A stretch of 64,000 bases of DNA. Source: Squalus acanthias. Taxonomy: Eukaryota. Positions 25,621 through 36,239 of this stretch are shown here, in pieces. The notes under the pieces were generated by a model. It was not told the origin of the DNA and did no database searches. It worked only from the letters and a program-made list of their open reading frames with translations. Every line of letters starts with the position of its first letter. Within the stretch, counting starts at the first letter, position 1. The translations under genes were made by a program, and so were the position numbers. Location of the stretch: positions 46,688,001-46,752,000 of the forward strand of contig CM059432.1 of assembly GCA_030390025.1 (NCBI GenBank). Direction: 5' to 3'.

Positions 25621-27237
25621 AGCTGCCAGTGCCACCACGGCCTCGGGTTAACGGCCGCCGAAAATGGTAGTGCTGGTAGGACTGAAAAATTGGCGTTGAG
25701 GACTAATGATTATTAGCCCAGCACTAAACTCACCAGGTAATGCCCTCCTGGTGGCGTTCGTCCCATCATCAGGCCCCAATGTGGCGTCCACAAGCAGCGT
25801 TGCAGCTTCGAACAGTTTCTGAAAGCGAGGCTGTGATTTTGCAAAGCATTATGGGATCTTAAAAGGGCATGCATTGTCGTTTTCTTAAAAGGGCAATGCC
25901 TTCTGAAATGATAAAAATAAAAATGATGTAAAAATATGCAGTTTTCAGCCCTTACAGCTCAAGTGCCTTCTGAAAAATAATGAATATTAAAAAAAATTCC
26001 CAAGTGGGAGTCTTCAGCTCTTAAAGCTGAATTCACTTCCGCAACTAAAAAAATGGGAAAAGTACTTCAGCATTAAAACAAATGGCTTAACAAGCCAAGG
26101 AAGTGGTACCCAGGGTCTCGGACATAGCACTCCAGCTTTGCAACACTGCAAGGGAGGTCCTCTACCCACAGGGGCCAGGAGGCCCTCCAGAAAGAACAAT
26201 GTGGAACCAGATCACCAAGGTCGTCACTGCCAGCAGTGTCGCCCCCATCACCTGGCTCCAGTGTTCAAAGAAGCTTCATGACCTCAGATCAGTGGTCAAG
26301 GTCAGTGAATGCATCTTCAAAAGCCATCTCCTACCAAGTGCACCACTAGCCTCACACACTGCTCAATGCACGAACCCCATCACTCACCTACTAACAATCT
26401 CTACCAAACACGAGGCACACCTCACATTCTCAGCTTCACCTCACCCCCTTGGAGGAGACGGTGCTGGCCATTCTTGGCAGGAGCATGGCTGAAAACTTAG
26501 CCAGCGGCGGGCTGAAAGGATACAAGAGGTTGGTATTCTCATACGTTATCCTCTTTATTGCATGCCCCTCTTGCTTTCCCGCCCTCCCCTCACCACAACT
26601 CCACCCTTGTGCCTTCCTCAATTCACACACCCAAGGAATCCAGCCTGCTCAGCCAGTGGGTGACAAAGAAGAGGGAGAGGAGAGTGAAGAAGAAGAAGAA
26701 GAAGAAAAAAAAGAAGCACAGCCACTCGACTTGACACTCCCAGCCACCAGCTCCTCAAGGTCGACCAGCAAGGCCATTTGCAGTGTCCCCCACTGAAAGT
26801 CAGCAGCCTTCCACCAGCCATGCTGCAGCCACTGGAGTAGCACTGCGTGACATCAGTAGGATATGCAAAGGCACACACAAGACAGGTACTAAGGGAATGC
26901 ATATGGGTGATGAGTTGATTTATTGATGTCATATTGGATGGATAGATGTATAAAGTTGGATTGGAAAGTTTGCTTTGTGGTGGCTTTTATTTCAGCACTG
27001 TAGCCAAGAGGACACTGTGATGGTCAGTAACAGAGGGAAGGTAAGGTGTGGGACAAATGTTGAAAGGGATACTGGGGATGTGGTCACTGGTACCGCAGGT
27101 GGATGATTCCATCCCGGATATCACGGCCACAAAAGGCTGTCTGGGTTGTCTCCTTCCTCCTCTTCTGCTTCTTCCTCTTCCGCTTCTTCCCCTTCTGCAT
27201 CTTCCTCTTCTGCATCTTCCTCTTCCCTCTGCGAGTG

Positions 27238-27376
27238 GATGCTGTAAATCTGAAATAAAAGCATAAATGCTGGAAATACTCAGCAGGTCAGGCAGCATCT
27301 CAACCTGAGATGTGGACTCTGTTTCTCTCATCACGGATGTTGCCTGACCTGCTGAGAACTTCTAGCATTTTCTGTC
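27238..27376. mobile_element. Penelope-like short inverted-repeat insert (second family)
   Basis: aatgctggaaatactcagcaggtcaggcagcat ... atgttgcctgacctgctgagaacttctagcattt. Confidence 0.6.
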
Positions 27377-27516
27377 TTCTCAGAGGCCTTCCTTTACCAT
27401 CCGAGGCCTTGCAAACATCCAGCAGCGCTCCCTGCACATTTAAAAAACTTTTAACGTGTATTGCACCAAGCCACTACTTCAATAAAATTTAAAAAATCAA
27501 GTCCAAAGGCTTAAAT

Positions 27517-27970
27517 ACAACAACAACTTGTATTTATATAGCGCCTTTAACGTAGTAAAACGTCCCAAGGCGCTTCACAGGAGTATTATAAGACAAAAAA
27601 TTTGACACTGAGCCACATAAGGAGAAATTAGGGCAGGTGACCAAAAGCTTGGTCAAAGAGGAAGGTTTTAAGGAGCATCTTAAAAGAGGAAAGAGAGGTA
27701 GAGAGGCAGAGAGGTTTAGGCAGGGAATTCCACAGCTTAGGGCCTAAGCAACGGAAGGCATGGCCACCAATGATTGAGCGATTATAATCAGGGATGCTCA
27801 AGAGGGCAGAATTAGAAGAGCGCAGATATCTCAGGGGGTTGTGGGGTTGGAGGAGATTGCAGAGATAGGGAGGGCGAGACCATGGAGGGTTTTGAAAGCA
27901 AGGATGAGAATTTTGAAATCGAGGCATTGCTTAACTGGGAGCCAATGTCGGTCAGCGAGCACAGGGATGA
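27517..27970 (-). mobile_element. L2 LINE 3' fragment
   Basis: (CAA)n-cttgtatttatatagcgcc tail; GGHAFRCLGPKLWNSLP..SSFKMLLKTFLF. Confidence 0.88.
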
Positions 27971-29121
27971 TGCAGAATTACCTGAAAGATGTGTCTCTTT
28001 AAGAGGTGCTGACAGCGTCTCTGACAGTCTGCAGAACGCTGGGTTTTCATGGCGAGCTTTGGACCCAGCACTGAACTCGAAGTTCGCTGAGGTGAAGTTA
28101 AGTCGGCATTGCGCGCCAACTGACGTCACCCTTTCTTAATTTACATCTCCACGGCCAGCACTACTATCAGCAGCACTAAGGCTCTCACCAAAATGGCAGC
28201 CGAGTCCATGCCACAAAAGGGCGTTAGAGTGGCGGCCGCCATTTTTAGACCGGATTGCGGCGCAAACGGGTGGCGGTAAGTGGACCAATTTCTAGGCCCA
28301 TATTCACTATCAGTGATACTTTTCTAATATAAAGGCACCTTTATTCTATGTTGCAAAAATTCTTCCTGTTTAAATATAATAAATCACTACATTCAATAAA
28401 TGTTGAGCATTTTTGTTATGTTTAATCACTAATAGAATATGTCCTAGTGGTGTAATATTGTGGAATACAATGGATATAAAGCACATGCCAGTTAGAAATT
28501 ACTGTTGGTAACATTAGCAGAATAACATTTAGGGGGTAATTATCTGAGATCGTGCAGCTGGCGGGGACTGGTGCCCACTGGCCACACATATTGAGATATC
28601 AAAGGCATGCTGTCCACGATTTCCCGATAAGTGCTGCTGGTGGGCAAAGCTTCCTGCCAGTCTTGCAAAATCAGAATACTGGCCTTTTAATACATTCATA
28701 TGCCAATCCTCCATTTACTATTTTAACAGAGTTGTTAACCCATTTATCTTAAACAGGTCAATGCCTCCATTAAAACAGTGGACACTGGAAATAATACAAA
28801 CTCAGCTGCTATTATCACCAATAGGCATTTCTAACTTTATTTGTTGGCTTTTGGAGCCCAGAAAAAGTTTGCTATTAAGATGTTTTTTAATATGGCTTCC
28901 CAATTAGTGAGAGTGTCAAAAAAATAAATTCAATATTATTAAAGATTCTAGCATGTTAAAAGCTAGCAATGCAGTCACAGCTGGTTTGTATATGACTTCT
29001 ATCCACATGTATGCTGTAAACTAAATAAATTGGGTGGCGACTACGGCAGAGGAGGAGATGACTGCGTAGTCAAGAGAAGGACCACTTGTGTAAGTGATAA
29101 AAGTATTAATTTCATAACTTC

Positions 29122-29440
29122 CTGATGGCTCAGTGGGTAACTATATTGTCTGTTCTAATACTGAGCTATATAGACCAGGACAGTCCCAGACTTAATACTT
29201 GGTCTGTGTTGAATTAGCTGATGTCAGCAAGAGTGGTAATGGGGTGCCACAATTAATCTCATTGGCCTTAGGTTAGGGAATTGAAATTAGCCAAAGCCCT
29301 TGCTCCTGATCACTATCCAGTCATTGGATTGTGTCACTATCCTGTTGGAAAGTGCATGTTTGTGGATAACATGTGAAGGCAGGATCAACCTTGGCCGTGT
29401 TCCCTGTTGTCAAATAGCTCAGGGCTACACTGGCTCTTCT
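29122..29440 (+). mobile_element. Ancient tRNA-derived SINE (second SINE family)
   Basis: A-box tggctcagtgg; shares ttagctgat.tcagc, tccagt, ctg.tggaaagtgcatgt and ggcaggat with 32263-32690; further pieces at 13390-13545 and 52560-52865(-). Confidence 0.65.
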
Positions 29441-30369
29441 GAAAGAGTGTGGGATTTTTTGGGGATTCTCATGGAAAAAAGGGGCCCTAATTTGTTCTTG
29501 GAGAGAATCTAATGGCATTTGCTGTTAGTTAGTTAGTTAGTTAGACTTGCCTTTGCACGATTAGGTTTTTAAATTTTTTGCGTGGCAAGTTGCTGAAAGT
29601 GCGAGCTGATAACATCGCAGTGAGGGAAACCAGGCATCTGGGACTTGAGTGAACAGGGCAGTGTATCTCCTTAACCAATCAAATTGAAGGATTGTGAAAT
29701 TAACAGTGCAAGGACTGAGAAGGAAGTGTAAATAACCGTGGGTGAATTCAATTCCAAATCAGGTACAGAAAGAGAAATAAAGAGAGAGAAAGAAAGATTG
29801 GATTAAGAGAGAGAGAAAAAGAGACAGAAAGGAAAAGTTAAAAAAATAATTTTAAATTTTATGGGCCAGAAATTCGGCTCCCTGGCTTCCTGCGGGTGCA
29901 AGGATCGCGCGCGCACCTACCTACCGCGCCTGCCGTTGACCCCTGGGCCCGCGGGGGATTCGGGTCCTGGGCCTCCTCCAACTGCCGGCGCGCAGTGCTT
30001 GCGTATCCCAGGGGCGTAGTTAGTGCGATGAGTCCCCTGGGATCACGTGGGCCATGGAGAGCCAATGGCAGCAGACCATCTTTCATTCATAGATTTGACA
30101 GGTAGACCTGTAAAATCTATGAATACAGATCGGCCCCAAAACATCCCTAAAACTACAAATAATTTTTTTTTTAAATCACATTTTTCAAATAACTATAAAT
30201 TACATTAATTAACTATTTTAAACAAAAATTTAAATTTTTGAAAATATTAATTACACTTTTTAACAGGGTTAAAACTAAACTTACCTTTCTTTAAAGTAAT
30301 TAAAAAAGATAAATCTGTGAAAAAAATGTTTACATTTTAATAAAATCAACACTTACCTTGTTAAAAGAA

Positions 30370-30596
30370 AAATGAGAAGTCGCACAACTCCAGGTTATAG
30401 TCCAACAGTTTTATTTAAAATTACGAGCTTTCGGAGCTCCGCTCCTTCTTCAGGTACAGTGAGAGCCTGTACCTGAAGAAGGAGCAGGGCTCCGAAAGCT
30501 CGTAATTTTAAATAAAACTGTTGGACTATAACCTGGTGTTGTGCGACTTCTCATTTTTGTCCACCCCAGTCCAACACCGGCATCTCCGCATCATGA
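30370..30596 (+). mobile_element. Penelope-like palindromic insert, copy 2
   Basis: Long inverted arms plus tail gtccaccccagtccaacaccggcatctccgcatcatg; 12-bp TSD ttgttaaaagaa (30358-30369 / 30597-30608). Confidence 0.85.
30470..30504 (+). ncRNA. Minimal type I hammerhead ribozyme motif (mirror copy on - at 30422-30456)
   Basis: UAC-CUGAAGA-A-GGAGC(agg)GCUCC-GAAA-GC-UC/GUA: core boxes, 5-bp stem II, 3-bp stem I, no helix III. Confidence 0.7.
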
Positions 30597-31259
30597 TTGT
30601 TAAAAGAAGGCCTTGCGCCTCTTTTTCAATGTGTATCTTCTCCGTGCTTACCCTCACGGAGGAATCTGTACAAAAACCCGAAGTGCGAGGCGAACGCGCT
30701 GGCCCTCCGGCGTGCGCGTTCAATCTCTGAACCCCTTCCTTCAGGGGAATGGAAGTGCCGGTTTCCCGCACATGCGCAGTGCATGCAAGAAACCGGCACT
30801 TTCGTTCCGTCCATGGGTGAGTACATAGTGCGCACTCACCCGTGGCGAGCCTAACTTCTGCCCCTATATTTTTTAAATCACCAACAACAATTATAAACTG
30901 AAGGAATGAGACTCCACACTTGTAATTTTCAGTGCCAGAGAGGTTATTTGGCAGTAATTAACACTTAGTTAGATTGGAATGGACTTTCTGTGGTGAGTTT
31001 AGTCCGTATCTACCACGTAAGTACAGCAACTTCACACCATTCAATGCATTTCAACTCCCATATGTATGCCAATATCATTCAACTCTGTACCAGCATCCTC
31101 CACTCCATGACTACTGCCAAGCTGTGTGACAATCTGTTGGACGTGAAGTCAAGTCGTGGACGAGCCAGAACGTTTTCCAATTCAACATTAGCAAGACGCA
31201 AGCCACCCTGTTCAGCTTTCACCAGAAACATTTTGACTCAGATATTGATTCCAACCACT

Positions 31260-31620
31260 TCTCAGCTGCTCTGTCAGGTCAAACCTAATGTTGTACAACC
31301 TTAGTGTTCTGTTCAATGCGGCTGAGTTTCACACCCCACATTCAATCTGTTGCCAAGACCACCTACTTCCACCTACATAACATTAGCAGCTTATCTGTCA
31401 ATGATACCATCATCTATACCTTCATCGTTTCCAAGCTTTATTTCTTCAATTTTCATCATTAGTCTCATAAACTCTAGCCTATTTGAATTCCAACTTATTC
31501 AGAACTTTAATTCTATTATCTTAGTACATCCAAAGTTCCACACATCTATTACTCCTGTCCTTGCAACTTCCACTGGCTCTCCATATTCTAGCATAACAAC
31601 TTTAAAGTCTTCATGTAATT
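31260..31620 (+). mobile_element. Old L2 fragment
   Basis: gagtttcacaccccacatt..aagaccacctacttccacct..caacttattcagaac motifs. Confidence 0.6.
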
Positions 31621-31809
31621 TTGATACAATCACTCCAGACACTGGAGGAAACAGAGTAGCCAAAGAGTGAAAAATAACTTTCTCTAAGTGTATGTACAAT
31701 ATGGTAGTGATGTATAAACCAATCAGAATAAATAAACTTTTTAATTACAAGAGATCACAAAGTTTTTTTCTGCACATAATATAAAAATTAATTTCTGAAG
31801 TTTCAGAAG

Positions 31810-32230
31810 TTTTACATCACGTGTACAGCACAGAAACAGGCCATTCGGCCCATCTGATTTATGCTGGCATTTATGCTCCACACGAGCCTCCTCTTCATCC
31901 CTCTTCATCTAACCATATCACCATATTCCTTTCTTCCTCGTAAGTTTATCTAGCTTCCCCTTAAATACATCTATGCTATTTGCTTCAACTACTCCTTGTG
32001 GTACCTCGTTTCATATTCTTACCACTCTCTGGATAAAGAAGTTTCTCCTGAATTCCTTATTGGATTTCTTAGTGACTATCTTATATTTATGGCCTCTAGT
32101 CTTTGACTCCACGGCAAGTGGAAACATTTTCTCTACATTTAGCCTTTCGTTGTCTTAATGACCTCCATCAGGTCACCCTCTCAGCCTTCCCTTTTCTAGA
32201 GAAAAAAGACCCATTCTGTTGAGCTTTTCA
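31810..32230 (-). mobile_element. CR1 3'-end fragment
   Basis: Minus strand IQEKLLYPESGKNMK region and the CR1 tail motif. Confidence 0.75.
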
Positions 32231-32262
32231 TTATTTGTTTTGTTTTACACATGAAAAACATA

Positions 32263-32690
32263 GGCTCAAGTGGGTAAATGCCAAACCTGGTACTAAGGCA
32301 TATAAGCCCAGTTTTAGTCCCTGCTCTGGCTCAGTTAGCTGATATCAGCCAGGGCAGCAGAAGAGGTGCTACAATTAGCTTCAGTGTGCCTGGACAAGGA
32401 AGAGGTATGAGGTTGGTGGCGGGGGGGGAGGGGGGGGGGGAGGGGGGGGGGAGTGGGGGGGGGGATGGAGAGGAAAACCAGCCAGGATTCCTGCTCCAGT
32501 GATTCCTGCTGGAAAGTGCATGTGTGTAGATGTCAGATGAGGGCAGGATTGAGCTCAGCTGTGATGCTGTCTGCAGGTCAGTAGGGCACGCATTATCATG
32601 GTTCACACATGAAAAATGAGCACTTGCGTGAAGTATGGAAGGAGAGCAGCAGCTCTTCACAAGTCAGCACCTGCATGAGGGGAGTGGAGG
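32263..32690 (+). mobile_element. Ancient tRNA-derived SINE with an expanded G tract
   Basis: Homologous to 29122-29440; G-run at 32421-32464. Confidence 0.65.
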
Positions 32691-32824
32691 AAAAGAAATG
32701 ACTCACAAATGCATCTCAGACTTGTGAGATGAAAATCTCCAATATTAGTTTTAAGAAGATCCCAAAAAAATGAGTTTGGACAGCCCAGTGGGCATGTGGC
32801 CACAAAACAAAATATTTAAATAAG

Positions 32825-33100
32825 ATGTTAAATTGAGGCCCCGTCTGCATGTTCTGATGGCTTAGAAGAACCCACAGTATTATTCAAAGAAGAGCAGGGA
32901 GTTCTCTTGGTATACTGGCCAATATTCATCCGTCAGCCAACACTATAGAAAAAATTGGTCCTTCATCTCATTGCTGTTTGTGGGACTTTACTGGAACAAA
33001 ATAGTTTCTGCATTTTCCTACGTAAGTTCAGTCATTGCACTTCAAAGTTATTCATTGTCTGTGCAACCTTTTGAAAGGATTCGCTGTGATAAATCACTCT
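32825..33100 (+). mobile_element. DeuSINE/SacSINE-like body fragment
   Basis: aagaagagcagggagttctc, ttgctgtttgtggga and cacttcaaag shared with the 53005-55955 SINE. Confidence 0.7.
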
Positions 33101-33261
33101 ACCAATTACCATTCAGCACAAATGACACCAAATTGGCAATCCTATACAAATAGGTCATTAGGGTGGCCAATGTACGAACTGGAAAAATTAACGATGGTAC
33201 ATTAGGGAGTGGTCTCTTGATATTAAAATCCAATGTATATCATTGAACTCGAGGGAGCTTT

Positions 33262-34683
33262 AGTCTGGATGTGGCAGGATTGCAGAGCATTGATCTGATC
33301 CATTGATTATAGGATCGCTTAGCTCTGTCGATAGCATGCTGCTTCCGCTGTTTAGCATGCATGTAGTCCTGTGTTGCAGCTCCCCCAGGTTGGCACCACA
33401 TTTTTAGGTACGCCTGGTGCTGCTCCTGGCATGCTCCTCTGCACTCCTCATTGAACCAGGGTTGGTCCCCTGGCTTGGTGGTAATGGTAGAGTGAGGGAT
33501 ATGCCGGGCCATGAGGTTACAGATTTTGTTGGAGTACAATTCTGCTGCTGCTGATGGCCTACAGCGCCTCATGGATCCCTAGTTTTGAGCTGCTAGATCT
33601 ATTCTGATCTATCCCATTTAGCACGGTGGTAGTGCCAAACAACATGATGGAGGGTGTCCTCAGTGTAAAGATGGGATTTCGTCTCCACAAGGACTGTGCA
33701 GTGGTCACTGCTACCAATACTGTCATGGACAGATGCATCTGCGACAGGTAGATTGGTGAGGTCAAGGTCAAGTAGGTTTTTCCCTCATGTTGGTTCTCTC
33801 ATCACCTGCAGCAGTCCTAGTCTGGCAGCTATGTCTATCAGGACTCGGCCAACTCGGTCAGTAGTGTGCTACTGAGCCACTCTTGGTGATGGACATTGAA
33901 GTCCCCCACCCAGAGTACATTCTGTGCCCTTGCTAGCCTCAGTGCTTCTTCCAAGTGGTGTTCAACATGGAGGAATACTGATTCATCAGCTGAGGGAGGG
34001 CAGTAGGCGGTAATCAGCAGGAGTTTTCCTTGCCCATGCTTGACCTGAAGCCATGAGACTTCATGGGGTCTGGAGTCAATGTTGAGGACTCCCAGGGCCA
34101 CTCCCTCTCGACTGTGTACCACTGTGCTGCCACCTCTGGAGGGTCTGTCTTGCCGGTGGGACAGGACATACCCAGGGATGGTGATGGAGGAGTTTGGGAC
34201 ATTGTCTGAAAGGTATGATTCCGTGAGTATGACTATGTCAGAGTGTGGCTTGATTCGTCTGTGGGACAGCTCTCCCAAATATGGCACAAGTCCTCAGATA
34301 TTACTGAGGAGGACCTTGAAGGGTCGACTGGGCTGGAGGTGTTGTTGTCGTGTCTGAAGCCAGTGCCGAGGTCGATGCCAGGTGGTCTGTCCGGTTTTAT
34401 TCTCATTATTGTTTTCGTAGCGGTTTGTTACAACTGAGTGGCTTGTTAGGCCATTTCAGAGGGCAATTAAGAGTCAACCACATTGCTGTGGGTCTGGAGT
34501 CACATATAGGCCAGACCAGGTAAGGACAGCAGATTTCCTTCCCTAAAGGATATTAGTGAACCAGATGGGTTTTACGACAATCCGATAGATTCATGGTCAC
34601 CATTACTAATATTTGATTAACTGAATTTAAATTCGGCAGCTGCCGTGGTGGGATTTGAACTCACGTCTCTGGATCATTAGTCC
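33262..34683 (-). mobile_element. 5' part of a LINE with a tRNA-derived head and APE endonuclease (head continues at 40349-40399)
   Basis: DIVILTESYL, IPGYVLSHRQDR, AYCPPS, WVGDFNVHH, GDQPWFNEECR; B-box GAGTTCAAATCC on - at 34651-34662. Confidence 0.85.
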
Positions 34684-34770
34684 AACAACAACAACAACAA
34701 CTTGTATTTATATAGCGCCTTTAATGTAGAAAAACATCCCAACTCGCTGCACAAGAGTATTTTAAGACAA
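34684..34770 (-). mobile_element. L2 3' tail (body at 39208-40345)
   Basis: (CAA)n-cttgtatttatatagcgcc, as at 27517. Confidence 0.85.
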
Positions 34771-35288
34771 GGCCGGTGTCGGGAGGAGCAGAGAGCGGCG
34801 GTACAGTGAGTATTTAAACTCACTTTCGCGGGCTTTTTTACAGAGGCCGGTGTCGGGAGCAGCAGGAGAGTACAGTGAGTATTTAAACTCACTTTCGTGG
34901 GCTTTTTTGCAGAGGCCGGCATCGGGAACAGAAGGACAGTACAGTGAGTATTTAAACTCACCTTTTTCTCAGAGGCTTACCAATCTCGCAGACCGGCGGC
35001 GGCGTTCCAGAGCCACGTCACGATTCAAAAAGTGATGCGGGCAAGAGTTAGCAGCTGATTGGGTGAGTATGGCCAGGTGAGTATTTATACTACTCTATAG
35101 ATTGACAGTTAAGGTTAATAGTTTATAATGTTTAGAAGGTCTAAATTTTGTGGTTATAGTCTCTAAGGTCTCTGTTGTGTAGCGGGGAGTGCTAGTAAAC
35201 AAGGGCCCTTGAGTATATCATTTAATTGTAGTGTAATTAGTGGTATTGATTTGATTTAATTTAATTTAAATTAATTAAAGGGTAAGTC

Positions 35289-36237
35289 ATGGCAGCACAG
35301 CTCGGCCCCGTGGCATGCTCCTCCTGCACTATGTGGGAAATCAGGGACACTTCCTGTGTCCTTGACGACCATGTGTGCGGGAAGTGTATCCAGCTGCAGC
35401 TACTGGAGGACCGCATTGCGGTGCTGGAGCTGCGAATGGATACATACTGGAGCATTTGCGATGCTGATGATGTCGTGATTAGCATGTTTAATGAGTTGGT
35501 CACACCACAGGTAAAGGCTGCAGAGGCAGGAAGGGAATGGGTGACCACCAGGCAGAGTAGCAGGCGCAGGCAGGTAGTGCAGGGGTCCCCTGTGGCCATC
35601 CCCCTCTCAAACAGATATACCACTTTGGATATTGTTGAGGGAGATGGCTTATCGGGGGAAGACAGCAGCAACCAACTGCCTGGCACCATGGGTGGTTCTG
35701 CTGCACAGGACGGGAGGAAAAAGAGTGGGAGAGCTATAGTGATAGGGGTTCTATTGTAAGGGGAATAGATAGGCATTTCTGCAGCCGCAAACGAGACTCC
35801 AGGATGGTATGTTGCCTCCTAGGTGTAAGGGTCAAGGATGTCTCGGAGCGGCTGCAGGTCATTCTGGAGGGGGAGGGTGAACAGCCAGTTGTCGTGGTGC
35901 ATATAGGTACCAACGATATAGGAAAAAACGGGATGAGGTCCAAAAAGCTGAATATAGGGAGTTAGGAGGTAAATTAAAAAATAGGACCTCAAAGGTAGTA
36001 ATCTCAGGATTGCTACCAGTGCCACATGCTAGTCAGAGTAGAAATAGAAGGACATTTCAGATGAATACATGACTAGAGGAATGGTTCAAGGGGGAGGGAT
36101 TCAAATTCCTGGGACACTGGAACCGATTTTGGGGGAGGTGGGACCAGTACAAACTGGACGGTTTGCACCTGGGCAGGACTGGGACCGATGTCCTAGGGGG
36201 AGTGTTTGCTAGTGCTGTTGGGGAGGGTTTAAACTAA
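35289..36237 (+). pseudogene. CR1 ORF1 (zinc finger, leucine zipper, SGNH esterase), frameshifted
   Basis: CSSC..CGKC, LQLLEDRIAVLELR, IVIG.SIVRG, VVVHIGTNDIG, DGLHL. Confidence 0.88.
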
Positions 36238-36239
36238 AA

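Larger units (their letters stand above)
25245..28299. mobile_element. Internally deleted Harbinger element (Myb/SANT on +, transposase 5' remnant on -) with nested inserts
   Basis: MWNQITKVVTASSVAPITWLQCSKKLHDL (26103-26300); right end ccaatttctaggccc; left boundary approximate. Confidence 0.7.
29863..30864. mobile_element. Harbinger-type MITE family B, copy 3 (contains a Penelope-like insert)
   Basis: GGGCCAGAAATT...AACTTCTGCCCC; TSD tat/tat. Confidence 0.88.
29560..30965. repeat. Old dispersed repeat (homologue of 9660-11205) split by MITE B copy 3
   Basis: Same shared blocks as 9660-11205. Confidence 0.7.
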
